A stretch of DNA of 61,246 bases from Eubacteriales bacterium. GTDB taxonomy: Bacteria > Bacillota > Clostridia > Oscillospirales > CAG-272. Where the stretch lies: contig JAZSOQ010000065.1 of assembly GCA_045537015.1 (NCBI GenBank), forward strand, positions 1-61,246. Direction: 5' to 3'. A model generated the notes under the pieces. It had not been told where the DNA came from and made no database searches. It saw only the letters and a program-made list of their open reading frames with translations. The translations under genes and the position numbers were made by a program. Shown piece after piece: positions 49,265 through 58,015 of the stretch (positions are counted from its first letter, which is position 1; each line of letters opens with the position of its first letter).

Positions 49265-51166
49265 TTATTTCGTTTTAAGTATCCTTGAGCTGTTGATCAG
49301 CACGACGAACGCGCCGACGTTGTGGAATATCGCGCCGAAGAGGGCGGAGATCACGCCGAAGAGGGAAAGTCCGATCATCGTAAGGCTGATGAGAACAGAA
49401 AGGATGAGATTCTGATAAATGATCTTTCTCGTCTGCTTGGAGAGCTTGATGATGAAGGGAATGTTTTCGAGGTTGTTATTCATCAGGGCGATGTCCGACG
49501 ACTGGATCGCAAGGTCGGAGCCCATTGCACCCATCGAGATACCAACGTCTGCTTGACGTAGCGCCGGCGCGTCGTTGATACCGTCGCCGACTGCGAGAAC
49601 ACAGCTGCCCTCGCGCAGGGAATTGATCGCTTCCAGCTTATCCTGGGGAAGGAGCTGGTACTTGACGTCATCGGCGCCAACCTCGCTTGCGATCTTTCTT
49701 GCCGCGGCTTCACGGTCACCCGTGAGGATAACGGTGTTCTTGATTCCCATCTCCTTGAGAGTTGATATGCTCTCGGCGGCTTCTGCGCGCGCTGTGTCGT
49801 TGAAACCGAGGCAGCCGATAAGTACGCCGCCGCGTGAAACGAAGCTCACAGAGCCGAGAAGAGCCTCACCGAAGCCCTCGGGAATGGCAATGCCGAGTGA
49901 ATCGAACCAGTATTTATTGCCGAGAAGAAGCTCGCGACCTTCGGAGTCCTTGCCCTGCATACCCTTGCCGGGGATCTCCTTGACCTCATTGAGCACCTCG
50001 TATTCCTTGCCTTCAATAGCCTCGGTTACCGCACGTGAAACGGGGTGGTTGGAGCCGCAAGCAAGGGAAGCGGCGAGGGAGAGAAGGGTGTCTTCATCGT
50101 AACCCTCTGCGGGGAGAATATCGGTCAGCGAAAGTTCGCCGACGGTGAGTGTACCGGTCTTATCAAATACGACGGTTTCAACCTCTGTCATCTCCTCGAT
50201 GAATTTTGAGTTCTTGATAAGTATTCCTCGTTTTGTTGCGGTTGAGAGCGATGCGATCATCGGCGCAGAGCTGACGAGCATCTGACCGCAGGGGCAGGAA
50301 ACGACGAGTATCGCGATCGCCTTCGAAAGATCCGAGGTTATCAGCGCGACAGCCGCCGCAAGTGCGAGTACGAAGGGGATGTAATAGCGCATAAAGCGGT
50401 CGATAAGTCTTGATTCGGGAATCGAGATGTTTTCCGCTTCCTCGAGCATTGTGAGAATGTTTGAGAATGAAGTGTCAACGTAAGCCTTTTCGACCTTGAC
50501 GAGAATTCGTCCGTCGATGTTGACTGTGCCCGCGTAAACGCTGTCTCCGACCTTGATGTGCGCGGGAAGGGGTTCGCCGGTCAGCGATTTCTGGTCTACG
50601 TTCGTTTCACCCGAAATGACCTTTCCGTCGATCGGAATGCCGGAGCCGGGTCTTACGACGATTGTCTGACCGACTTCAAGAGAGGATGCCTCGACGGTTC
50701 TTTCAACGTCGCCGTCAAGAAGGACCGCGCTGTCCTGGCGCATTCTCTTGAGGCCGTCAATAGCCTCGCGTCCGCCCATAATGCTTCGCTCTTCAAGAAG
50801 ATGCGCGATGTTGAGTATCAGCGGAATGAGGACCGAAAGGATCAGGTCGCCCGAAAGGTAGCAAGCAAGGATCGCAATGGCAACGAGAATTTCCATTGCG
50901 TTTGTGAAGTTTCGCGAGAAGATGCCCTTGAGCGCCGCAACGAAGACGGGAATACCTTCAATAAGGAATCCGATGGTGTAGAGAAGCGCGGGAAGGGTGG
51001 TTTTATCCGGAAATACCCAGGAATAGATGATTCCCACGGCAATACAAACGAGTGCCGCTGCGGCGCTGACGAGATTTGCCGTCAGAGCGCGGCGATTTTT
51101 GTCATTAAGATTATCCTTGGCGAGGGCTTCAAGGCTGTTTTTCGCAATGTTATCTAAATTTTCCAT
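49265..51166 (-). CDS. P1B-type heavy-metal-translocating ATPase without an N-terminal metal-binding domain
   Basis: 633 aa with TGEP, SCPC in the transmembrane region, FDKTGTLT, SNHP, GDGINDAP and a C-terminal FHNVG...NSSRIL. Confidence 0.88.
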   Translation of the reverse strand: MENLDNIAKNSLEALAKDNLNDKNRRALTANLVSAAAALVCIAVGIIYSWVFPDKTTLPALLYTIGFLIEGIPVFVAALKGIFSRNFTNAMEILVAIAILACYLSGDLILSVLIPLILNIAHLLEERSIMGGREAIDGLKRMRQDSAVLLDGDVERTVEASSLEVGQTIVVRPGSGIPIDGKVISGETNVDQKSLTGEPLPAHIKVGDSVYAGTVNIDGRILVKVEKAYVDTSFSNILTMLEEAENISIPESRLIDRFMRYYIPFVLALAAAVALITSDLSKAIAILVVSCPCGQMLVSSAPMIASLSTATKRGILIKNSKFIEEMTEVETVVFDKTGTLTVGELSLTDILPAEGYDEDTLLSLAASLACGSNHPVSRAVTEAIEGKEYEVLNEVKEIPGKGMQGKDSEGRELLLGNKYWFDSLGIAIPEGFGEALLGSVSFVSRGGVLIGCLGFNDTARAEAAESISTLKEMGIKNTVILTGDREAAARKIASEVGADDVKYQLLPQDKLEAINSLREGSCVLAVGDGINDAPALRQADVGISMGAMGSDLAIQSSDIALMNNNLENIPFIIKLSKQTRKIIYQNLILSVLISLTMIGLSLFGVISALFGAIFHNVGAFVVLINSSRILKTK

Positions 51167-51179
51167 CGAAAAAACCTCC

Positions 51180-52121
51180 TTAATTATTAATGACTATCTT
51201 GGAATCCGAATCATCAACGATTTTGACTGTACCGATCTTGCGGATTATGTTGGTGATCGCGGTGTTATACAGTCGAACCCTTACAACCTCGGGGTTTGCG
51301 TTGTATTCCTCAAGCACGCCGTAAAATTCGTAAAGATCGGAATTAGCGGCGGCTGTGTAGTTCGAGTAGTTTGCACGAGCCTCGGCGATGAGGGAGTTTG
51401 CCTCCGCCTCTGCGCCGGGAATTCTCGTTTCGTAATACTGACGAGCCTGCTCGATTCGCGTGCTTGCCTGAATGTTGGTCGAATTTACGAGCTCGTAGAT
51501 GTCGCGGACCTCCTCGGGCATACCAACACGGGTCAGCTCAAGGTGGCTGAGCGAGACACCGATGCCGCTTTCATCGAGCTTCTTCTGCGACATCTCGCGG
51601 ACAGCCTTTGTGTATGCGTCCTTGCCCGTTGTAAGAATGTCGTCAACCGCGTAGTTTGCCGCTACGTTGATCATTGCATTGCTGACTGCGGCGTTGATGA
51701 TGTAGCCGGGATCCTTCACCGCAAGCGCAAACGCAACGGGATCGGTGATCGTGTATTTGATGGATGCAGAGAGAATGGCAATGTTGTTGTCACCCGTGAT
51801 AACATAGCCGTTTCTGTCATAAGTAGTCATTTCACCATCTGTGAAATGAGTGTTGACGGTCAGCTCATGCACGCTTCCCGTGGGGATGGTGATGACCTCG
51901 TCGATGATGTAGGGGAAGGCGAAAAGTACGCCCGCATCGTGGACCTGCTCCTCGCGAGTATCGCCCACTATCTTGCCGAATCGCAATATGATCGCCGATT
52001 CGCCGCTCTTGATGAATCTGATTCCCGAGCAGGCGATGATGATGACCACGGCGATGATTATCACGACAAAATAGCGCGACACCGTTCGCAGGATGTCTTC
52101 AAATAAAAGATTCTTTTTCAT
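51180..52121 (-). CDS. SPFH/band-7 domain protein (HflC-like)
   Basis: 313 aa with an N-terminal TM followed by FIKSGESAIILRFGKIVG.... ATGA overlap with the upstream gene. Confidence 0.75.
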   Translation of the reverse strand: MKKNLLFEDILRTVSRYFVVIIIAVVIIIACSGIRFIKSGESAIILRFGKIVGDTREEQVHDAGVLFAFPYIIDEVITIPTGSVHELTVNTHFTDGEMTTYDRNGYVITGDNNIAILSASIKYTITDPVAFALAVKDPGYIINAAVSNAMINVAANYAVDDILTTGKDAYTKAVREMSQKKLDESGIGVSLSHLELTRVGMPEEVRDIYELVNSTNIQASTRIEQARQYYETRIPGAEAEANSLIAEARANYSNYTAAANSDLYEFYGVLEEYNANPEVVRVRLYNTAITNIIRKIGTVKIVDDSDSKIVINN

Positions 52122-53212
52122 TGTGCGTTACCCTTTGCGGCTTCTTCGAGAAGCTTGCCGATGGCGTCAATAAGCGTCTGTCTGTCGGTTTCGTTCATCT
52201 GTGCGAGAATATCGGAAAGATTTTGGATTATGATTTCGTCATCCTCGGTTTCAAGCATATCCGAATAATCCCTGAGAGCGGTGAAGGGATAGTCATCGGT
52301 GCTGAAAATAGCAACTGTGCCAGAGTTTACGGATGCGGCAAGAGTATCAAGACTCTTGAGGAACATGAAGAGCTCGAGATTTGCTGCCTGAGCTTCTGCA
52401 TAGATCTGCGCGACTGCCTTTTCGGTATCTGCCTTGATCTGTGCGGCTTCGTTGGTGCCCTTGGCGATTATTTCCTCGGCTTTGACTTCAGCCTCGTTTG
52501 TAATGCGGCTTGCTTCCTTTTCGGCGTTTGCAAGGATGGTGTCAATGTCGGTCTGTCTGTCCTGGCGCATCTGATCGAATACGCTTTGGAGGTTAATATC
52601 GGGGAGGCTGAGGCGAAGGATGCTGACGTCGACGATCGAGATTCCATAGTTCTTTTCGCAGTTTTCCTTGACTTTTTCAAAGATCTTTTGCTGAATTTCT
52701 TCGGTCTTGATCTTTTCGGTGTCGAGGGATACGAGCTCGGTCAGCTCATAAGCGCCCATTGTACTCTGTGTCGCACTTCTGATCTGCTGATCGATGTAGA
52801 TCTCCGTGCTGCCGTAAGCGCCGACGCTGTTGTGGAAGAGAAGGGGATCTTCAACCTGCCAGATGACGTAAGAGGAGAGAATGATGTTTCTCTTATCCTT
52901 TGTTACCGTTTCCTGCGCGTTGGATTCGAGATACTGCATTCTGTTTTCATACTGAACAACGTTCTCGAAGGGCCAGGGCAGGCGGAAGTAAAGTCCCGAT
53001 TCTGTGATCTCCGCGCGGGGAGCACCAAAACGGAGAACAACTGCACAGTTACCCTCACGAACTTCAAATGTGAAGCCGAAGTAAGCTATTGCCGTGACGA
53101 GCAGGAGCGCGACGAATACCTTGAGAAAACGCATTCCAAAGCTCGATTTTTCGCGAGGCTCGTGCGAGATCGCCATTTTTTCGTTATTTTCTGTTACTTT
53201 ATTCTTTTTCAT
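52118..53212 (-). CDS. SPFH/band-7 domain protein (HflK/C-like) with a coiled-coil tail
   Basis: It has an N-terminal TM, then FEVREGNCAVVLRFGAPR...GLYFRLPWPFENV, then an A/E/K-rich helix. ATG 53212 (MKKNK) is preferred over the GTG at 53221. Confidence 0.78.
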   Translation of the reverse strand: MKKNKVTENNEKMAISHEPREKSSFGMRFLKVFVALLLVTAIAYFGFTFEVREGNCAVVLRFGAPRAEITESGLYFRLPWPFENVVQYENRMQYLESNAQETVTKDKRNIILSSYVIWQVEDPLLFHNSVGAYGSTEIYIDQQIRSATQSTMGAYELTELVSLDTEKIKTEEIQQKIFEKVKENCEKNYGISIVDVSILRLSLPDINLQSVFDQMRQDRQTDIDTILANAEKEASRITNEAEVKAEEIIAKGTNEAAQIKADTEKAVAQIYAEAQAANLELFMFLKSLDTLAASVNSGTVAIFSTDDYPFTALRDYSDMLETEDDEIIIQNLSDILAQMNETDRQTLIDAIGKLLEEAAKGNAQ

Positions 53213-53227
53213 ATTGATCACCCGAAA

Positions 53228-55009
53228 TTAGTTTTTGATAGAGCCGTACCAGACGATGCGAGATTCATCGATGTCCGAGCTGACTATGATGAGATTGGCA
53301 TTGCCGTATGCATTCTTAACGGCATTGAGGTATTTATAATATCTGTAAGCGTCCGAATAAGAGGAGTCAGCGGCGACGCTTGCCATAAACTCGGAAACCT
53401 CTGCTTGAGCCGCGGCTATCTTGTTGAGTCTTTCTGCGGTTGCCACGGATACCGTTTGGCTGTAATTGGTTTCAGCTTCAAGCACGCGAACTGCGGCAAA
53501 AGCCTCGGCATACATAATTCGTGTCTGTGCTTCGATCTCTGCGCTTACAAGCCTCTGATAAATATCGGCAATGCCGAGAGGGGGATGAATGCTTTCAAGG
53601 ACTACGCTGACGATCTCGAGTCCCGTGTTGCGTTCCTTGATCTTTTCCTTCAGATCGACCATAAATGCCGATGCGAATTCGTCGCGGTCGGTTGAAAGAA
53701 GTGTGTTGAGGTCGGTGGTTATCGTCTTGTCCGCGACAAGCTCATAAGCGCTTGCCTCGAGCACCGACTCGGGGCGCGCGCAGTTGACAAGATAGTCGTT
53801 AAGGTTGCCGATCTTGTATTCGATGCAAAGGTTGATCGAAACAAGCTCTTCACCTCCGCCAAGCAGAAGCTCGTATTCCTCGCTTCCGTGCGTCTGTGTC
53901 CAAACGTTGTCGCCCGAAGTGTCGGAGCGGTAGCCTATCGTAATGGTCGATACAGAATCGGTGTTGTATATAACTGTCTTGCCGAATGGCCAGGGGAGAG
54001 TCAGATGCAGACCCGGCTCGAGCGGTTCGCTTTGAAGCTTTCCGAAGTTATAAAGCGCGCCTTGCTGTCCCGCGCCGATCTCAACAAATCCCGTCGAGAT
54101 CCAGAAAATAAGAAATGCGGCGACAAGAGAGGGGATGATGAGCTTGCCCATAAGCTTGACGCTCCAAAGGCCGCGCATCGTGATTCCCGTGTTTTCCTCG
54201 AGGTAGGAAAGGATGCCCATATCCTTTCCGCTTCCGCCCGAGAAGGGAGCGGGAATGCGGATGTCGGGCACACTTGCGAGCTCGTGGCGAATTCCTCTTG
54301 CCAGGTATGAAAGCAGAGTGAAGAGCGATGACCAGTAGAATATGATCGCAATCGCAATGACCACGTACTTCTGAAGCTCATAAAAGCCGAGGAGCTTGAT
54401 GAACATCGCGGGAATTATAAGTATCAGCGCAAGCCTTGCAAGAGCCAAGATCGAGCGCACGTTGCTTCCGAGAGCGGAGGCGTATTCACCCGCATCCTCG
54501 TTGTGAAGCATCCATTTGTCAAGGACTATGAAGACAAGGAAGAGCGCGATCAGAAGAACGGCGTAGGCGTAATTGACCGTGTAAAGCGAGGTCGCAGCCT
54601 TGAGCGAAATGGCAAAGAAATACTGAATCGCGACGAATGCCGCTGCGGCGAGTATGACTGAGAGATAGCGGATAACCTTTTCTCCGTCGATCTTGTCGCA
54701 TAGCTTGCAGAAGAAATTCTTGATCGCCTTGCCGATAGCTCGAAGAACCTTTTTGAATTCCTTTTCCTCGGGTGCCGGTTCTGAGTTCTCTGCAAGAACT
54801 TCTTCTTTCTTTTCCTTCTTTTTTGTCGGTATCTTCAAGATGAAAAGTGAGAAGTTGACCGCCGAGGGGAGAAGGAGAGTCAGTCCGAGAAGATAGATGG
54901 GTAGGTATTTTGTCAGCTTGTATAAATAAATCATTCCGATGCCGCAAGCTATCGCAACGATCAGCGATATCAGCGGCGGGAGAAGCTTTCGAAATTTGTT
55001 ATTTTTCAT
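53228..55009 (-). CDS. polytopic membrane protein fused to an SPFH/band-7 domain
   Basis: 593 aa with about 7 predicted TM helices in the first 305 aa, followed by GAGQQGALYNFGKLQ...GLHLTLPWPFGK (SPFH). Confidence 0.72.
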   Translation of the reverse strand: MKNNKFRKLLPPLISLIVAIACGIGMIYLYKLTKYLPIYLLGLTLLLPSAVNFSLFILKIPTKKKEKKEEVLAENSEPAPEEKEFKKVLRAIGKAIKNFFCKLCDKIDGEKVIRYLSVILAAAAFVAIQYFFAISLKAATSLYTVNYAYAVLLIALFLVFIVLDKWMLHNEDAGEYASALGSNVRSILALARLALILIIPAMFIKLLGFYELQKYVVIAIAIIFYWSSLFTLLSYLARGIRHELASVPDIRIPAPFSGGSGKDMGILSYLEENTGITMRGLWSVKLMGKLIIPSLVAAFLIFWISTGFVEIGAGQQGALYNFGKLQSEPLEPGLHLTLPWPFGKTVIYNTDSVSTITIGYRSDTSGDNVWTQTHGSEEYELLLGGGEELVSINLCIEYKIGNLNDYLVNCARPESVLEASAYELVADKTITTDLNTLLSTDRDEFASAFMVDLKEKIKERNTGLEIVSVVLESIHPPLGIADIYQRLVSAEIEAQTRIMYAEAFAAVRVLEAETNYSQTVSVATAERLNKIAAAQAEVSEFMASVAADSSYSDAYRYYKYLNAVKNAYGNANLIIVSSDIDESRIVWYGSIKN

Positions 55010-56027
55010 TGGTGCCTCCGGGGTAATTGAAGACCTTACTCAGATCTCTGAAATTGAATGCGTTGTCATTTGTGGATATTGCGTCAAACTCTGCTTCGCT
55101 TCCTTCGTAAAGGAGAAGTGTGAGCGACATACAATCGGTGAAGTGAGAGGTTTTAATCGCTGTCAGCGTTTTGGGAATGTAAATTATTCTCATACTCTGG
55201 CAGTATTCAAAGGTGTTTGAGCCGAGCTGAGTCATACTCTTTCCGAGATCTACAGATTTTAATTCATAGCAGTTAAGGAAGGCCTGGCTTCCGATATATC
55301 TTGCCGTGTCGGGAAGATTCAGCGAGCGAAGCTTTTCGCATCCCGAAAACGCCTGATCTCCGATATATACGAGCGAAAGTCCGAGGTCGATATCCACAAG
55401 ATTCATACAGAAGGAAAGTGCCATATCCGAAATGCTGAGCAGTTCCTTGTTTGCCGTGATCGTGTAGACAGTTTCGACTCCCGCAAATGCTCCACCGAGG
55501 TGACGGACCTTGTCGGGCAGAACGGGAGTGCGCGAACTTCCGTTATAGGCTATAAGAACTCCGCCGCCGACGGTCACAAACTCATCTGTCTGCGCGGCGA
55601 GCCACGGGGTGTTCTCAAACGCAAACGGAGCGATGCGCCATACGCTATCGGCTACTTCGACCGAGGTGAGCGCGGTACAATCGGAAAAGGCGTATATTCC
55701 GATCGATTCAATTCCGTTTGGTATGCTGACAGAAGTTATCGACGTGTTTTTGAAGAATGCACCTTCGCCGATGGCGGTGACCTTTCTGCCCGCAAGCTCG
55801 GCGGGTATCTTTACGTCGCCCGTGACGTCGGCTTCGTTGATAACAACACTTCCGTCGTCCAGAACGGTAAATGAGTATCCGCTCTCAAATCCCATTTCGT
55901 CGGTGGGAGTGCGGAGAGTAAAATCAAAGGCTTCGGGCGTAAAAGCGGTTTCTGTTTCCTTGCAGGAGAAAAGCAAGGGGAGAATCATAACGAGGATAAG
56001 AATGTATGCGGTCGTTTTAATCTTCAT
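54999..56027 (-). CDS. BspA-type leucine-rich-repeat lipoprotein
   Basis: 342 aa. The lipobox is MKIKTTAYILILVMILPLLFSC. It carries repeated ...IGxxAFxxCxxLxSVxIP... units. Confidence 0.75.
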   Translation of the reverse strand: MKIKTTAYILILVMILPLLFSCKETETAFTPEAFDFTLRTPTDEMGFESGYSFTVLDDGSVVINEADVTGDVKIPAELAGRKVTAIGEGAFFKNTSITSVSIPNGIESIGIYAFSDCTALTSVEVADSVWRIAPFAFENTPWLAAQTDEFVTVGGGVLIAYNGSSRTPVLPDKVRHLGGAFAGVETVYTITANKELLSISDMALSFCMNLVDIDLGLSLVYIGDQAFSGCEKLRSLNLPDTARYIGSQAFLNCYELKSVDLGKSMTQLGSNTFEYCQSMRIIYIPKTLTAIKTSHFTDCMSLTLLLYEGSEAEFDAISTNDNAFNFRDLSKVFNYPGGTNEK

Positions 56028-56959
56028 TATTCTGCCTCCTTGATCTGTCCGCTCAGCGATTCGTTGCCCTCACCGATCGAAACGCTTGCTTTGTCGGCAA
56101 ATACAACCTCGGTGAGTTGGTCGCATGCGTGGAATGCATAGTCGCCTATGGCTTTACAGCCTTTTCCGATCTCCACGCTGTAAAGCGCACGGCAGTTTCT
56201 GAAGGCCTCCTCGTTTATTGCCGTCACATTATCACCTGTCTTGACGGATGTCAGCGAAACGCAATCGAGGAAACAATATTCGGGGATCTCGGCGGAGCAG
56301 AGCATTTCAACAACCGCAAGACCGTCACAACCCCAGAAAGCCGATTCGCCGACCGAAGTCACGGCATTTGGAATTCTGATGCGAGAGAGGGCTGTGCATC
56401 CGCGGAAGGCTTCGGCTCCGATAGAGGTGAGCGATTCGGGTATTGCAAGCGAGGAGAGCGAGGAACAGCCCGCAAAAGCCTGAGATTCGATAGCGGTGAG
56501 CTGATCAGTGCCGTCGATGCGGGCAAGATTTGCGCAATTCTCAAAAGCATTTTCGGGGATGATGCTTACCGATCCCGAAAGGTTGATTCCCGTGAGAGCG
56601 ATGCTGCCTGAGCAGAATCCTTTTCCGAGCTTGATATTGCCCTTTGGAAGCTCAAGGTAGAGCAGAATGTCATTGTCTGCCAACGCGTTCTCTCCGATCT
56701 CGACAACGGTCATACCGTTGATCTTTTCGGGTATTATCAGATGCTTTGGCATACCGTCGATACCCGTGATCCTGACGGTTGAGTTCTCGTATTGATCGTA
56801 TATGTAAATATCAAACGTCAAGCCTTCCGCAACAATGGCATATTCTGTTTCCGAAAAGCTGTTGCACGAGGCTAAAATGAAGGTCAGAATGATCGGCGCA
56901 AGGCAGGCAAGCGCCAAGCAAAATAGCTTTTTTGATTTCATTTTTGTGTCCTTTCGCAA
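56027..56959 (-). CDS. BspA-type leucine-rich-repeat lipoprotein (paralog of the downstream gene)
   Basis: The signal/lipobox is MKSKKLFCLALACLAPIILTFILASC, and it carries the same LRR unit. The ORF-track start is TTG 56959; ATG 56941 is more likely. Confidence 0.75.
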   Translation of the reverse strand: MRKDTKMKSKKLFCLALACLAPIILTFILASCNSFSETEYAIVAEGLTFDIYIYDQYENSTVRITGIDGMPKHLIIPEKINGMTVVEIGENALADNDILLYLELPKGNIKLGKGFCSGSIALTGINLSGSVSIIPENAFENCANLARIDGTDQLTAIESQAFAGCSSLSSLAIPESLTSIGAEAFRGCTALSRIRIPNAVTSVGESAFWGCDGLAVVEMLCSAEIPEYCFLDCVSLTSVKTGDNVTAINEEAFRNCRALYSVEIGKGCKAIGDYAFHACDQLTEVVFADKASVSIGEGNESLSGQIKEAE

Positions 56960-56982
56960 AGGAATATATAATTATTCAATTT

Positions 56983-57011
56983 ATAATATCATATTTAGAG
57001 CAAAAAGTCAA
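56983..57011 (-). promoter_or_regulatory. sigma-A promoter of the LRR-SPFH-ATPase operon
   Basis: The minus strand reads TTGACT (57011-57006), a 17-bp spacer, then TATTAT (56988-56983). Confidence 0.55.
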
Positions 57012-57020
57012 GAAAAAACA

Positions 57021-57060
57021 GATAAAAAATAACTCCCGCTCGAAAAAAACGGGAGTTATT
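57021..57060 (-). terminator. rho-independent terminator
   Basis: A 10-bp stem, ATAACTCCCG (57029-57038) with CGGGAGTTAT (57050-57059), is followed by a T-run on the minus strand. Confidence 0.8.
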
Positions 57061-57065
57061 GGGGC

Positions 57066-57971
57066 TCAGATGTCTATATGTTCAAGCTGATCTTCGGTGT
57101 CGATCTTCGGTCGGAATGCCTTGCGCTTGAGAGGATCGTAAAGGAACTTGCGGCATTTGTGAGTTGCGCTGACAACGCCGAATCTGTCGCAAACCATCTT
57201 GGTGCGGTCGCTTTTGAGTGCCGTTGCGTGCTCGCAGCACTCGCAGCATTCGGCACACTCGTCTTCGTTGCAAGAGTGCGCGATCCTGTCGATACTGTCA
57301 CGCTTTTCAACCGATGCGGCAAGGGCGGCGCGGCGCTTGCGTTCAAGATCTTCTTTAAGGATCTCCTCTGCGCTCTTCTGCGGGATGAAGGAGAGAAAAT
57401 ATACGATGATGAACAGCGCAAGAACCGAAAGTGCAAGAATTTCAACTCCCGAATCGAGTATCGCGTAAGGGATAAATCCAAGAGATCTAAGGTAGGGAAA
57501 AGCGTCTCCTACAGAAATTACGTGCATATCAAGGCGGAAAAATTCGTTTGAATGAATATAGTCACCAAACGCCCACGCGCTGTATGTAATGAATGCGCTG
57601 ATGAAAAACGCAATGGTTGAGGCAACTGTGTTGACAATAGCTCCGCGTCTTTTAAGAATACCTGCGCCGCATATAAGACCGATGAAATTCAGACAGATGA
57701 TTCCAAAAGAGATTGCCGCAAGAGTGCCGATGCCGGGATAGGTGCGAAGGCAAGGGATCACCGTGGACACGAGCCCTCCCGTGTCACCGCAAACAACTAC
57801 CGCAAGAGCAACGTAAATCGGCACGATAATGAAAAATGCAATCAGTCTTCGAGCGGAATTTGCACGCCGCAAGCAGACAAAAGTTGCTATTGCCGCGAGT
57901 GCGGGAAAGAAAATGGCGAAAACGAGCGTCCATATCGGATAGCTCATCAATGAAGCTAAACTGAAACTCAT
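57066..57971 (-). CDS. membrane protein with a Cys-rich C-terminal domain
   Basis: 301 aa with about 6 TM helices, then CNEDECAECCECCEH...C...HKC...FLYDPLKR. Confidence 0.6.
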   Translation of the reverse strand: MSFSLASLMSYPIWTLVFAIFFPALAAIATFVCLRRANSARRLIAFFIIVPIYVALAVVVCGDTGGLVSTVIPCLRTYPGIGTLAAISFGIICLNFIGLICGAGILKRRGAIVNTVASTIAFFISAFITYSAWAFGDYIHSNEFFRLDMHVISVGDAFPYLRSLGFIPYAILDSGVEILALSVLALFIIVYFLSFIPQKSAEEILKEDLERKRRAALAASVEKRDSIDRIAHSCNEDECAECCECCEHATALKSDRTKMVCDRFGVVSATHKCRKFLYDPLKRKAFRPKIDTEDQLEHIDI

Positions 57972-58015
57972 AATATATCTCCGTGGCGTTTTTTGTCGTT
58001 ATTATACTTATTATA

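Noticed and set aside
51027-53695. Two long plus-strand ORFs (359 aa and 524 aa) opposite the SPFH genes
   Set aside because: The minus-strand products have clear SPFH signatures, TM anchors, RBSs and coupled junctions. The plus-strand ORFs cross gene boundaries and look like codon-bias artefacts.
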